Below are positions 18,056-28,196 of a stretch of 64,000 nt of DNA, piece after piece. The DNA is taken from assembly GCA_033977065.1 (NCBI GenBank), contig JAXCHI010000004.1, forward strand, positions 64,001 to 128,000. The letters are read 5' to 3'. This DNA comes from Candidatus Algichlamydia australiensis. GTDB taxonomy: Bacteria; Chlamydiota; Chlamydiia; Chlamydiales; JAJFMI01. Numbering within the stretch: the first letter of the stretch is position 1; the number at the start of each line of letters is the position of its first letter. Made by a program: the position numbers and the translations under genes. A model generated the notes under the pieces. The model searched no databases. It had not been told where the DNA came from and saw only the letters and a program-made list of their open reading frames with translations.

Positions 18056-19383
18056 AAAAGCTTTTTACGGCTTTTTCTCTCTTAGAGAAAATTGAGGTCC
18101 TTGTCATTGGCGATCTCATGCTTGATCGCTACACAAGTGGCAAAGTAGGGCGCATTTCACCTGAAGCGCCAGTTCCCGTTCTTCATGCTGATGAGGAGCA
18201 CGCTCTTCCAGGCGGTGCGGGTAACGTTATGCTAGGACTTGTTGCACTGGGAGCAACAGTTCACGCAATGGGGCGCGTCGGTTACGATCAAGCAGGAGAG
18301 ATATTGCAATCTCTCCTTTCTCAAGAAAAGATTAATACGGCTGGAATTTTTGTCCAAGAGGATTATCGCACACCAGAAAAGAGGCGTATCATTGCGGACA
18401 ACCACCATCTTCTGCGCATTGATCATGAAAAAATTGCCCCTCCTAGCAAAGAGTTGGAAGAGCAGATTATAGACTCTTTCTCCCAAATTCTTCCCCAAAT
18501 CTCAGTAGTTGCTATTTCTGATTATGGAAAAGGATTTCTCACAAAAGAACTCCTTCAAAAGCTGATTGCGCGCGCGCAAAAAGCAAAAGTCCCTGTTTTA
18601 GTCGACCCCAAAGGATTAGACTTTTCCAAATACTCTGGAGCCACGCTTGTCAAACCGAATTGCAAGGAGGCCTACCTGGCATCAGGACTTTCACAAGAAG
18701 CCTCTCTTGAAGAAGTCTCAGAAAGTATTTTTTCTAAAAGTAAGATAGAGAATCTAGTGATCACGCGTTCTGAAGAGGGAATATCGCTCTTTTCTCAAAA
18801 CACAAGAGAAGATTTTGCAACTGAGGCAAAAGAGATTAAAGATGTCACAGGTGCGGGTGACACCGTTTTAGCTACAATTGCAATGGCAGTTGGAAGCAAG
18901 ATCTCTCTTGTTGAAGCGTGCCAACTTGCTAACTACACGGCCTCTGTTGCTATTGAACATGTGGGATGTAAACCCGTTACTCTTTCACAACTTGCAGAAA
19001 GACTTTTAAAAAACAGCGCTAATGCAAAAATCTTTGAAGAGCACCATCTCTTTGCTTTAAAGGAGTTGCTCAAAGATCAGCCCTTTATCCTTCTTGGAAT
19101 GGATCAGGAGAGTGTCGCATCCATAAAGTGGATCGACGCTCTTCAAGAACTAGCAAAAGAAAAAATTATTCTCTACGTTTCTGAAAAAACGCCTCGTCAC
19201 TATCTCTCTCTGCTTGCCTCACTTAAAGAAATCTCTTTTCTTATACTAGGCTCGCAAAGCCTGACCGAACTCTGTTCTGAAATCGGCCCAAGAAGGGTCT
19301 ATGTATTTGAAGATGAGAGTCTCCATCAGCTGGATGAAGCTGTTGCTCTTCTTAAAAGGCTTTCTAATGAATCTATTGTGTAA
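18049..19383 (+). CDS. hldE: D-glycero-beta-D-manno-heptose-7-phosphate kinase (HldE kinase domain with degenerate C-terminal domain)
   Basis: GDLMLDRY..G...RISPEAPVPV, SDYGKG, VDPKG, DVTGAGDT; the C-terminal ~120 aa lack the usual TNGCFD/HxGH adenylyltransferase motif. Confidence 0.88.
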   Translation: MVKKLFTAFSLLEKIEVLVIGDLMLDRYTSGKVGRISPEAPVPVLHADEEHALPGGAGNVMLGLVALGATVHAMGRVGYDQAGEILQSLLSQEKINTAGIFVQEDYRTPEKRRIIADNHHLLRIDHEKIAPPSKELEEQIIDSFSQILPQISVVAISDYGKGFLTKELLQKLIARAQKAKVPVLVDPKGLDFSKYSGATLVKPNCKEAYLASGLSQEASLEEVSESIFSKSKIENLVITRSEEGISLFSQNTREDFATEAKEIKDVTGAGDTVLATIAMAVGSKISLVEACQLANYTASVAIEHVGCKPVTLSQLAERLLKNSANAKIFEEHHLFALKELLKDQPFILLGMDQESVASIKWIDALQELAKEKIILYVSEKTPRHYLSLLASLKEISFLILGSQSLTELCSEIGPRRVYVFEDESLHQLDEAVALLKRLSNESIV

Positions 19384-20128
19384 AATATCTTTTTATTTTT
19401 TGATGAGTGTTTTTTCTTACAGTCTGAATGAAGTTGAGGAGAAAACTTTTGCAGATGAGCTCTCGGTGCTTACGTTTAATACTTGCGCCTTGCCCAGTGT
19501 ATTACCCAAGTGGTTTGGGGGGATGCCGCCAGTAAACGAGCGTAAAGAGGAAGTCGTTGATTTTATCCACCAGCAAGATGCGGACCTTGTCTGTTTGCAG
19601 GAGGTTTGGGACCCCTATTTCCGTAAATTTTTGGTAGAGGAATTAAAAGAAGAGTATCCGCATATTTTTACTAAAATAGGACCCTCTTGTTGGGGAATGG
19701 ACAGTGGTCTCTTCATCGCATCAAAATACCCCGTAATAGAGACTCTTTATATTCCGTATGATAACAACGGCTCAATTCCAGATCGTGTAATTCACCGTGG
19801 GGTTTTTACCTTCAAAATTGGAGGTCACAAGATTGGCGTAACCCACCTGCAGCCAGGAAGCACTAAGAGAGAGATTCGCAGATCTCAAGTAGCGCAAATT
19901 CCGGAAGATTGTGAAATTCTCATCGGAGATCTCAATACCCAAGATGAAGAGGAACTAAGTGAGTTTTTTTCTAATTACATAAATAGCTATCAAGGTCCTG
20001 CGACACACCCTGATGATCAAAAGATGCAAGATTACATTCTGATACAAGGAAAGCAGCTGTCTCAAATTGAGAGCTATGAGACAGGGTGTTCGGATCATCT
20101 CGCTCTAAAAGCAACAATAAAATTTTAA
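19367..20128 (+). CDS. Endonuclease/exonuclease/phosphatase family protein, sphingomyelinase-like
   Basis: LTFN, DLVCLQEV, DSGLFIASKYP, THLQ, GDLN, DYI, SDH catalytic motifs; hydrophobic N-terminus. Confidence 0.8.
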   Translation: MNLLCKISFYFLMSVFSYSLNEVEEKTFADELSVLTFNTCALPSVLPKWFGGMPPVNERKEEVVDFIHQQDADLVCLQEVWDPYFRKFLVEELKEEYPHIFTKIGPSCWGMDSGLFIASKYPVIETLYIPYDNNGSIPDRVIHRGVFTFKIGGHKIGVTHLQPGSTKREIRRSQVAQIPEDCEILIGDLNTQDEEELSEFFSNYINSYQGPATHPDDQKMQDYILIQGKQLSQIESYETGCSDHLALKATIKF

Positions 20129-20152
20129 AAACTCAAGTTGCTACCCAGTTTC

Positions 20153-20995
20153 TTATTTGTTCAGTGGCTTCTTAAGAAACTGGTCTTGGGAAATTGGACT
20201 ATTACGATTCTCTTCGGATACGAAAAGTGCTTGCATCAAAGATGTATTTGGTTGAACAGCGTAAGAAGAGAAGTCTGTTACTCCCTCTTTTTGAAGGAGT
20301 GCTTCATCAGTAAAAAAGTTTCCTGAGCACTCAAATGAATTTTTTTGAAGGAGTGTATAGGCAGCATCGGCCATAATCGTTGGCCAGCGGCTGCGAGTGT
20401 AAACTTCATCTGAAAAGTGCGCTTTAATTGTCTGTGTGGCAATTGTTGTTTCGGGCCAAAGCGAGTTCACGGCAATCTTTTTTTCTCGAAATTCCTCTGC
20501 CATTCCCAGTGTACATAGACTCATCGCATATTTTGAGAGAGAGAATGCGAGGTGATTTTTAAACCAGCGGGGTGCCAAGTTGAGTGGGGGTGAAATATTA
20601 ATGATATGGGGATTTGAAGCTTTTTCAAGGTAGGGTAGGCACGCTTGGGAGAGGAAAAATGCGGCGCGTGTACTTGTAGAAATAAGCTTATCAAATTGCT
20701 CTGGAGAAGTATGAGGGGTGTCTCCGAAATGGGTAGCACTGGTGTTATTGATCAGAGCATCGACCCCGTGAAATTTCTTAACCACGTCTAAGACAGCACT
20801 TTTTAGAGCGTTTTCGTCAGAGACATCTATTTCTAGGCCGAATGCCCTATTCTCGATTTCCTCTATAGAAGAGTCGAGTTCGTTTGAGAGGATCGCAATG
20901 TTGGCACCTCTAGATGCCAATTTCTTAGCAATTGCTAGACCGATTCCTCGGCTACCACCTGTAATAATAATTGTTTTATTCAGCAACGAACTCAT
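20153..20995 (-). CDS. Short-chain dehydrogenase/reductase (HSDL2-like)
   Basis: ITGGSRGIG, NPHIINISPPL, SKYAMS..TLGMAEEF, VNSLWP.T.IAT, IMADAAY. Confidence 0.88.
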   Translation of the reverse strand: MSSLLNKTIIITGGSRGIGLAIAKKLASRGANIAILSNELDSSIEEIENRAFGLEIDVSDENALKSAVLDVVKKFHGVDALINNTSATHFGDTPHTSPEQFDKLISTSTRAAFFLSQACLPYLEKASNPHIINISPPLNLAPRWFKNHLAFSLSKYAMSLCTLGMAEEFREKKIAVNSLWPETTIATQTIKAHFSDEVYTRSRWPTIMADAAYTLLQKNSFECSGNFFTDEALLQKEGVTDFSSYAVQPNTSLMQALFVSEENRNSPISQDQFLKKPLNK

Positions 20996-21881
20996 AGCTA
21001 CGTAGCTCTTGGAGTTTTGCAATCCGTTTCTCAAGCGGTGGATGAGTTGAGTAGAGCTGGCGGAGAAGAGAGGTTTTTTTAGGGCTGGCGATCATAAAGG
21101 CGGCAAGTTTCTGCTCTTTCTCTTCTATCTGCATGCGCTCAAGACTCTGCAGTGCCGCAATCATTTTTCCCTTCCCAGCAAATTGGGCTCCGCCCGCATC
21201 AGCGCGGTATTCACGAAAGCGTGAGTAGGCGCAGATGATAAGAGAACCAAGTGCCATAAAGAATACTTCAAAAAGCATTACAGTGAGGTAGTAGGTCCAG
21301 CCAAAATGGTTGGAGCGGCGGCTGCTACCACGAGAGAGAGCAGCGTTGAGGGCAAAGGCGGCGATGCGTGCAAAGAACATAACAAAAGCGTTAACAACTC
21401 CTTGAAGGAGAGTCATGGTTACCATATCGCCATTTTTAATATGAGCAAGCTCATGGCCGATAACAGCTTCCACTTGATCAGGTGGCATTTTATCAAGCAG
21501 GGCGTCGCTGACGGCGACAAGGGAGCGTTTTCTTGTGGGGCCTGTGGCAAAGGCGTTCGGGCTTTTGGCGTGAAAAATGCCCACTTCTGGCACCGGGATG
21601 TTGGCGTTTTTGGCAAGTCGCGCCACCATTAGATAGAGAGAGTCCTGTTTTGAAACAAGCTTGACGCGTAGCATCCATTTTGCCATTTTACGCGATAGCA
21701 TAAGTGAGATGAGCGAGCCAACCATTCCCCAGATAAAACAGAAAACAAGAAGGCTTTTATAGTTTAAACCGTAAGCGCTGATATAGGGCTGTACATTGAA
21801 GATGTTCAGGATCAACCCCACTGTGGTAATCACAAGTAGATTGAGCGCCAGAAATAAAAAAATTCTTTTAAACCAGTTCAT
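20976..21881 (-). CDS. htpX: Membrane zinc metalloprotease HtpX
   Basis: PNAFATG, AVIGHELAHIKNGDMVTMTLLQGVVN, REYRADAG, STHPPLEKRI; RBS gaggtgg before ATG 21881. Confidence 0.96.
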   Translation of the reverse strand: MNWFKRIFLFLALNLLVITTVGLILNIFNVQPYISAYGLNYKSLLVFCFIWGMVGSLISLMLSRKMAKWMLRVKLVSKQDSLYLMVARLAKNANIPVPEVGIFHAKSPNAFATGPTRKRSLVAVSDALLDKMPPDQVEAVIGHELAHIKNGDMVTMTLLQGVVNAFVMFFARIAAFALNAALSRGSSRRSNHFGWTYYLTVMLFEVFFMALGSLIICAYSRFREYRADAGGAQFAGKGKMIAALQSLERMQIEEKEQKLAAFMIASPKKTSLLRQLYSTHPPLEKRIAKLQELRSYEFVAE

Positions 21882-21942
21882 ATTCCACCTCACGTTTGAT
21901 CCTATTTTAACAAAAAGTTGCATTCTGGTATACCATACGAGT

Positions 21943-23301
21943 ATGTTCGATTATTCTAAGTGGTTTAAAGAAAATGAGAAGCAGATAAGAGAAGATTTTT
22001 TTACTTTTCTGCGATTTCCTAGTGTTAGCACAGAGCCCGACTTTAAAGGCGATGTCCGGATGTGCGCAAACTGGGTAAAAAAATATTTAGAAGAGATGGG
22101 GTTGCACGCTTCCCTATGGGAAGGGGAGGGGCATCCTGTTCTTTTTGCTGAGACGGAGCATCAAGAGGGCTATCCGACAATTTTACTCTATCATCACTAC
22201 GATGTGCAGCCTGTTGATCCGCTCGATTTATGGGAATCGAAACCTTTTTCACCCACGGTGCGAGATGGAAAAGTGTATGCGCGCGGTGCTTGTGATAACA
22301 AGGGGCAGTGCTTCTATTCGATTACTGCTGTGAAAGCCTATTTGGAAGCGGGGGGTAAGTGCAACATTAAGTTTCTAATTGAAGGGGAAGAAGAGGCGGG
22401 CAGCGCGACATTGAGGCAACTTCTAAAAGAAAAACAAAAAGAGTTGCAGTGCGATCATCTGATTATTGTCGACATCACAATTCCAGAGCCAGGTGTACCT
22501 GCGGTGACACTTGGAATGCGTGGGAATATTGCTTTCCATGTTGAGTGTACTGAGGCCAATTTTGATTTGCATTCAGGTGAGCATGGAGGCTTAGCTTACA
22601 ACCCGAACCGCGCCCTTGCAGAGTTGCTTGCTAAGCTCTGGAACGAAAAAGGAGAGATCGCGATTCCCCAATTTTATGACGATCTAGCAGAAATTTCTAA
22701 AGAAGATCTTGCTGCCTTGAATTTTACTTTTGATGAAGAGCGCTATAAAAAAGAGTTTGGTATTCGAAAAATAGTGGAAGAGGGAGACTTTTCACCCAAG
22801 ATGCGCAATTGGTTGCGGCCGACTGTTGAAATTAATGGAATGGGGGGAGGCTATGTAGGTGAAGGGTTTAAGACGATTATTCCGGCAAAAGCTTCTGCAA
22901 AAATTTCTTGCCGCTTGCCTCCTGGACTCAAACCAGATAAAGTAGAGAAACAGGTAAAAGAGTTTCTATTCTCACATATTGTTGAAGGAATAGAGCTCAA
23001 AGTAGATGTGCTAAGTAAGGGAGGTGCTGGGTATTTTACCCCAGTCTCTAATCCTACTGTTGCTCCAGTAGCGAAAGCATATGAAGACGTGTTTAACCGT
23101 CCTTGTGAATATGCAATTACAGGTGGCTCCATTCCGATTGCTGTGGAGCTTGCTGAAGCCTCTAGAGCAGAGCCCATTTTGATGGGAGTCGCCTTGGCAA
23201 CAGATCAGATCCATGCACCAAATGAGTATTTTGGGTTGGATCGATTTGCACAAGGATTTGAAGTGATGGCAAAAGCCTTAACAAATTTTGAAAATGAGTG
23301 A
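21943..23301 (+). CDS. M20 family dipeptidase
   Basis: YHHYDVQP, YARGACDNKG, EGEEEAGS, DLHSG, GGSIP, IHAPNE. Confidence 0.92.
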   Translation: MFDYSKWFKENEKQIREDFFTFLRFPSVSTEPDFKGDVRMCANWVKKYLEEMGLHASLWEGEGHPVLFAETEHQEGYPTILLYHHYDVQPVDPLDLWESKPFSPTVRDGKVYARGACDNKGQCFYSITAVKAYLEAGGKCNIKFLIEGEEEAGSATLRQLLKEKQKELQCDHLIIVDITIPEPGVPAVTLGMRGNIAFHVECTEANFDLHSGEHGGLAYNPNRALAELLAKLWNEKGEIAIPQFYDDLAEISKEDLAALNFTFDEERYKKEFGIRKIVEEGDFSPKMRNWLRPTVEINGMGGGYVGEGFKTIIPAKASAKISCRLPPGLKPDKVEKQVKEFLFSHIVEGIELKVDVLSKGGAGYFTPVSNPTVAPVAKAYEDVFNRPCEYAITGGSIPIAVELAEASRAEPILMGVALATDQIHAPNEYFGLDRFAQGFEVMAKALTNFENE

Positions 23302-23926
23302 ACAAGTCATACGATCAGAGCAGCCTCTCCACCTCTTTGTAGGTCCCATTTTTGTTGCGATAGCGGAGGCAATTGCCTTAGGCAAAGGTGCGACAGTTGC
23401 TCCCTTTCTGCTCTGGCTCGCCCCAATTGGCCTCATCGCTACTGGTATTTGGCGACTCAAAGGCGCTCTCCTTATATCTGGCATGCTCCTCGCGTTTCCT
23501 CTGCTACACCAGTTTTCTCTCTTCTCATTTGGCTGGGCGCTCTCTGTCTCCCTAGCCCTTCTTGTCTCTGCGCTTCTTATGGAAGAAGATACTCCTTTGG
23601 AAGTCTTCCCGGTTTCAAATAAGGAGGAGGACTACGATGAAGTAAAGGAGAAGCTCTCCTCTTTTAAAAAAGAGAAAGAGAAGATGGAATTGCTTGTTCA
23701 AGCGAGTGATGAAGAGGCGCGAAAAGCTTTCTTCCAAACAAAAAAATTGGAAGAAAAACTGCAAACTTTACTCAGTGAAAAGGCAAAAACTGTTCCACAT
23801 GATGGTGTTCACCATCTTCTTGAAGAGAAAGAACAGGAGATCGATCGTCTGCAAAAAGAGGTTGCTTCTCTAGAGCACGAGCTTGTTCTTAAATCAGCGT
23901 CAGAATCTCGTGACCCGTCTCTGTAA
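23288..23926 (+). CDS. Hypothetical membrane protein with C-terminal coiled coil
   Basis: Hydrophobic N-terminal ~100 aa followed by an E/K-rich helical region. Confidence 0.65.
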   Translation: MKMSEQVIRSEQPLHLFVGPIFVAIAEAIALGKGATVAPFLLWLAPIGLIATGIWRLKGALLISGMLLAFPLLHQFSLFSFGWALSVSLALLVSALLMEEDTPLEVFPVSNKEEDYDEVKEKLSSFKKEKEKMELLVQASDEEARKAFFQTKKLEEKLQTLLSEKAKTVPHDGVHHLLEEKEQEIDRLQKEVASLEHELVLKSASESRDPSL

Positions 23927-24761
23927 TCAAAATCGTATGTTCACACTGAGCAGAGGGTTTTAGATCACCTGTACGCGCTACCCACTGATTATCCTTATCG
24001 ACAACACTACTGCGCACGCCAGCATTGATCATCGGCTCGATTGTAAAAATCATGCCGGGAACTAAAGGAATTTTTGTATTGTTGTAGTGATGAGGTACTT
24101 GTGGGGGCTCGTGAAATTCTAAGCCAACCCCATGACCCACAAAATCGTCAACGACGGAGCAATTTTTTGAGCGGGCGTAGTCTTCAATGACTTTTCCAAT
24201 ATCTGAAACGAGTATGCCAGGTTTTAAAATTGCTATCGATCGTTTCAGGCATTCGCGTGAAACGTCAATCACAAGCTGCTTCTCTTCGCTAATTTCTCCA
24301 ATGATCGCCATCTCAGAGCAGTCCCCGTAGTAGCCATTTAAGATACAGGAGGTATCGATATTGAGTATGTCACCATTTTTTAGCGGGACATCATCGGGAA
24401 TGCCGTGGCAGATGACCTCATTTAGCGATGTACAGATGCTTTTTGGAAATGGGGGAGAGCCGTAGCCGAGAGGGGCGGGAGTGGCGCCTGCATCGGCATG
24501 AAGTTTGAGAGAGAGGGCATCAATCTCATTTGTGGTGACTCCCTCTCTGCACGCTTCAAGGAGTTTTTGCAAAATTTCCGCGGAGAGTTTGCACGCTTTT
24601 TTGATGCCTGCAATCTCTTCGGCTGTTTTGATCCGAATCTGATATTTTTTTGCATACTCTCTACGAAGCTCTTCAAAAGAGAGCGGTGTACCTTCAGGGT
24701 AGTGGCACTTTTTCCATTTTTTTTCGGAGCCGCACCAACAGGGGTCATTTCTTTGAATCAT
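23889..24761 (-). CDS. map: Methionine aminopeptidase with N-terminal SEC-C zinc motif
   Basis: RNDPCWCGS.KKWKKCH; FPKSICTSLNEVICHGIP, GHGVG..FHE.P, FTIEPMIN, SAQCEHT. Confidence 0.96.
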   Translation of the reverse strand: MIQRNDPCWCGSEKKWKKCHYPEGTPLSFEELRREYAKKYQIRIKTAEEIAGIKKACKLSAEILQKLLEACREGVTTNEIDALSLKLHADAGATPAPLGYGSPPFPKSICTSLNEVICHGIPDDVPLKNGDILNIDTSCILNGYYGDCSEMAIIGEISEEKQLVIDVSRECLKRSIAILKPGILVSDIGKVIEDYARSKNCSVVDDFVGHGVGLEFHEPPQVPHHYNNTKIPLVPGMIFTIEPMINAGVRSSVVDKDNQWVARTGDLKPSAQCEHTILITETGHEILTLI

Positions 24762-25513
24762 GAGACGAGTATAGGGTAAACCACTTTTTCAAGAAAGAGA
24801 CCGTGGGCGGGGGCAGTAATTCCCAAACTCTTGCGTTCTTTGCTTGCAATAATTTGTGGCAACTCATCAAGGGAAATTTTTCCTGTACCCACATAGAGAA
24901 GAGTACCAACGAGATTGCGCACCATTTTATAAAGAAAACTTTTTCCTCTTATTTTAAAGAGAAGTTTTTGAGGAGTTATCTGCTCAATTAAAATTTCTTC
25001 TAACTCGCGAACTGTATCTTCACGTATCTCTTTGGCATTTGTGAACGCAGCAAAATCACGCTTCCCGATAATAAGGGGAATTGCGGCTTGCATCAACTTA
25101 AGATCAATAGGATAAGGAAAGTGAAAGGCGTAAGCGGTATCAAAGGGGAGTTGCAAAGATCCGATATCGACTTGGTAGCGGTACTCTTTGCCGCAGGCGT
25201 CTGTTGTCGGATGAAAACCAGATCGTGCAATTTCAATATCTAAAACGCGAATTTCGGCGGGCAATAGGGAGTTGAGACTTCCCTTGAGTCGAAAGGGATC
25301 GATTGGTTTTTCTGTAAAAAAGTTCACAACTTGGCCGCGCGCATGGACACCGCGATCAGTGCGGGAGGCAGCTTGCAAAGTGACGCGCTCTTGCAAAACC
25401 ACTTTAAGGATGCGCTCGAGGGTCTCCTCAACAGAGGGGCGTCCCGCAACTTTTTGCCAGCCGAAGAAGGGGGCGCCATCATAAGCAATGATCATTTTAA
25501 TGTTTTGATTCAT
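24758..25513 (-). CDS. truA: tRNA pseudouridine(38-40) synthase
   Basis: AYDG..FFGWQ, ASRTDRGVHARGQV, FLYKMVRNLVG, TAPAHGLFL. Confidence 0.96.
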   Translation of the reverse strand: MNQNIKMIIAYDGAPFFGWQKVAGRPSVEETLERILKVVLQERVTLQAASRTDRGVHARGQVVNFFTEKPIDPFRLKGSLNSLLPAEIRVLDIEIARSGFHPTTDACGKEYRYQVDIGSLQLPFDTAYAFHFPYPIDLKLMQAAIPLIIGKRDFAAFTNAKEIREDTVRELEEILIEQITPQKLLFKIRGKSFLYKMVRNLVGTLLYVGTGKISLDELPQIIASKERKSLGITAPAHGLFLEKVVYPILVS

Positions 25514-26378
25514 AAAACAAATGATTAGTTAACTTTTTAATATAATTAGATTGTTTCTTATTTAAATTATGAATAATCATAACATAATCACGATTCTTCT
25601 CGAAGGCACTTTTCGTCCAATTGGCGGAGCCAAAAATCAATGTTTTTTTATTAAGTAGACAGAACTTATGGTGAAGCAACTCTAAGCCCCGACTCTCGTA
25701 GGGATACGGTAGCAGCGAAAAAGATTTTTTTGAGCTTCCGCGGGCCGTATAGTGATCGATCGCTATTTGGGCGTGAGGGTGTTGCGCCAAGGCTTCTGTA
25801 AGCAAGGGATGGGTGAGAGTAAACATTGCCATGCGCAGGTCTTTCTGCTTCTTTTCAATCAGTTGTGCCAGGCGCGCAGGTGCCTCTTTATTGGGAAGGT
25901 AGATGAGTTCAACTTTTTGGTTCCCAATTAGAAATTCTTCAGGCGCTCTTTTTGCGGGCAGCTCACGAAGATGCTCTCGTAGAGAGGACGTTAACTCTTT
26001 AGAATAGAGGCCGACCATGAGGTTGCGGTGCATGCGAAGGGATTCGGAAGTGAGGTTGGCAGAGCCAAGAAAAGAAATTTTTTTATCGACCAAAAGAATT
26101 TTTTCATGCATCAATCCAGAAGTTTTGATGCGATGCAAGGAGATTGAGGGGTGAAGCTTGGGCTTTTTCCCTTTATGGTGTGTGTAAATTTCAATGGGAA
26201 GGCCATTTGCGGCGCGGCTATTTAGAAGAGAAATGACCTCGGGATCGCGTAGTTGGTAGGTGGCAATGCAAAGATTTTTTTTAGCGCGCTTAATGAGGTG
26301 AAGAGTGAGCTGTTTAAGATCAGTGCGCTGCTCGTTGCCATAGAAGCGAATTAGCTCCTTGGCTGAGGGCAGCGGCAC
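25497..26378 (-). CDS. Phospholipase D superfamily protein (two HKD-type motifs)
   Basis: MHEKILLVD...GSANLT and LHHKFCLLN...GSANWT; the frame stays open upstream through a hydrophobic stretch, so the true start may be near 26435. Confidence 0.88.
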   Translation of the reverse strand: MPLPSAKELIRFYGNEQRTDLKQLTLHLIKRAKKNLCIATYQLRDPEVISLLNSRAANGLPIEIYTHHKGKKPKLHPSISLHRIKTSGLMHEKILLVDKKISFLGSANLTSESLRMHRNLMVGLYSKELTSSLREHLRELPAKRAPEEFLIGNQKVELIYLPNKEAPARLAQLIEKKQKDLRMAMFTLTHPLLTEALAQHPHAQIAIDHYTARGSSKKSFSLLPYPYESRGLELLHHKFCLLNKKTLIFGSANWTKSAFEKNRDYVMIIHNLNKKQSNYIKKLTNHLFYESKH

Positions 26379-26431
26379 GTATAAACAGTAGGGAATAAGA
26401 AGTAGCGGAAGGAGGAAGGGCAGTAGCCGCT

Positions 26432-26710
26432 TCAGATCTTTTGGCCTTTAGCTCTTAGATCGCGAACAACTTGCGCGAGGTTCTGCTTCTTATAAAGAGT
26501 ACGCAGAGCATCGGTTGAGAGGCGCAGTGTGATGAAGCGATTCTCCTCAGCAAACCAGAGGCGTTTTTTCTTCAAATTGGGAAGAAAGCGGCGCTTCGAT
26601 TTTCCAGTAATGTTGAGGCCAATTCCTTTCTTTTTTTTGGCGATACCGCGGATGCAGTAGGTGCGTCCTTTGCGGGGCTTTTTTCCTGTGACTTGGCAGA
26701 CTTTAGACAT
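26432..26710 (-). CDS. rpmB: 50S ribosomal protein L28
   Basis: [12 protein letters not shown]...[22 protein letters not shown] (long PVC-type L28). Confidence 0.96.
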   Translation of the reverse strand: MSKVCQVTGKKPRKGRTYCIRGIAKKKKGIGLNITGKSKRRFLPNLKKKRLWFAEENRFITLRLSTDALRTLYKKQNLAQVVRDLRAKGQKI

Positions 26711-26802
26711 AAAAATACCGTGGTTTAAAGGCCAATATAGCACTTTTACTGGTTAAAGGACAAGAACTGAAAAAACGTTTTGTGGTATTAAAATAAATTC
26801 TT

Positions 26803-28191
26803 ATGGATTCGCGAAAATTTGACCTCATTGCCATCGGTTCCGGGCCTGCCTGCCAGAAGGGGGCAATCCAAGCTGCCAAGCTGGGTAAAAAAGTTGCTAT
26901 AGTAGAGCGCGATTCGCAGCCAGGGGGAGCCTCACTTAACTCAGGTACGATTCCATCAAAATCTTTGCGCGAGGCGATTCTTGATTTAACAAATTTTTAT
27001 GATCGTAGTTTTTACGGCATTCCAAAAGAGCCTCAAGAAATTTTAATCAGTGATCTCAACTTTCGTCTTGTTCGGGTTTTAGAAGAGCAGCGAAAAGTGT
27101 TACAGCGTCAGATTTCTCGCAACCGTATTGAGTTTGTTCGAGGCTCAGCTACTTTTATTGATACCACCACCATTGCTGTTTTGGATGATGCGGGCAAGCA
27201 GATCGATCTGCTTAAAGGGGAAAACATTTTGATCGGAACGGGTTCGCGGCCGCGCAATCCCAAAAACATCCCGTTTGATGACCGCATGATTCTCGATTCC
27301 ACACGACTTTTAGGGATTGATCGCGTGCCAAAAAAATTGCTTGTTTTGGGAAGTGGCGTGATCGGTTCTGAGTATGCAAGTTTTTTTGCAGCACTTGGCA
27401 CAGAAGTGACTGTGGTGGATAAGAGAGAGCATATGTTGCCTCTTTTAGATCGCGAAATTGGCACACATTTACAGAAGGCATTGGAGGACTTAAACTTACG
27501 TTTTTTGGGTCAAAAAATGGTTGAAGAAGTGCTACCCAAAAAAGAGCAAGTTGTGGTCAAATGCAGAGATAAGACGCAAGTAACTGGAGATGTTCTTCTT
27601 TACGCTTTGGGGCGCGAAGCGAGTGTCACAGGGCTTGGTTTGGAGAAGGTGGGAATCGCCCTTGATCAGAAAGGGTACATTCCGGTAAACAACCATTTTC
27701 AGACGCTACATCCTCATATCTACGCGGTGGGGGATGTGATCGGAGGACCGTGTCTCGCATCGACGAGCATGGAACAGGGAAGGCTAGCTGCGCGCCACGC
27801 GTTTGGAGCGCCATCGAGCAACTTTCCCAACTTTTTTCCGATTGGGATTTACACAATTCCCGAAATTTCCTGCTGCGGACTAACCGAAGAGCAGGTGAAA
27901 AAGAGCGGCATTCCTTACGAGGTTGGTCGCGCCTACTACTATGAAATTGCCAAGTCGCAAATTGTAGGCGGAGATCCAGGCATGTTTAAAATACTTTTCC
28001 ATAAAGAGAGCCACGAGATTCTCGGGGTGCACATTGTGGGAAGAGGCGCCACTGAAGTGATTCACATCGGTCAGGTGGCCATGACATTTAAAGCAAAGAT
28101 CGACTACCTTGTCGATCAAGTCTTTAATTACCCTACATATGCTGAGGGGTACCGCATAGCAGCATTAAACGGATTGAACAAATTGAGGTAG
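26803..28191 (+). CDS. sthA: Soluble pyridine nucleotide transhydrogenase
   Basis: IGSGPA..KGAIQAAK, GTIPSKSLRE (no redox CxxxxC), LASTSMEQGR, GIYTIPEIS, VFNYPT.AE.YR.AALNGLNK. Confidence 0.93.
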   Translation: MDSRKFDLIAIGSGPACQKGAIQAAKLGKKVAIVERDSQPGGASLNSGTIPSKSLREAILDLTNFYDRSFYGIPKEPQEILISDLNFRLVRVLEEQRKVLQRQISRNRIEFVRGSATFIDTTTIAVLDDAGKQIDLLKGENILIGTGSRPRNPKNIPFDDRMILDSTRLLGIDRVPKKLLVLGSGVIGSEYASFFAALGTEVTVVDKREHMLPLLDREIGTHLQKALEDLNLRFLGQKMVEEVLPKKEQVVVKCRDKTQVTGDVLLYALGREASVTGLGLEKVGIALDQKGYIPVNNHFQTLHPHIYAVGDVIGGPCLASTSMEQGRLAARHAFGAPSSNFPNFFPIGIYTIPEISCCGLTEEQVKKSGIPYEVGRAYYYEIAKSQIVGGDPGMFKILFHKESHEILGVHIVGRGATEVIHIGQVAMTFKAKIDYLVDQVFNYPTYAEGYRIAALNGLNKLR

Positions 28192-28196
28192 AAACA

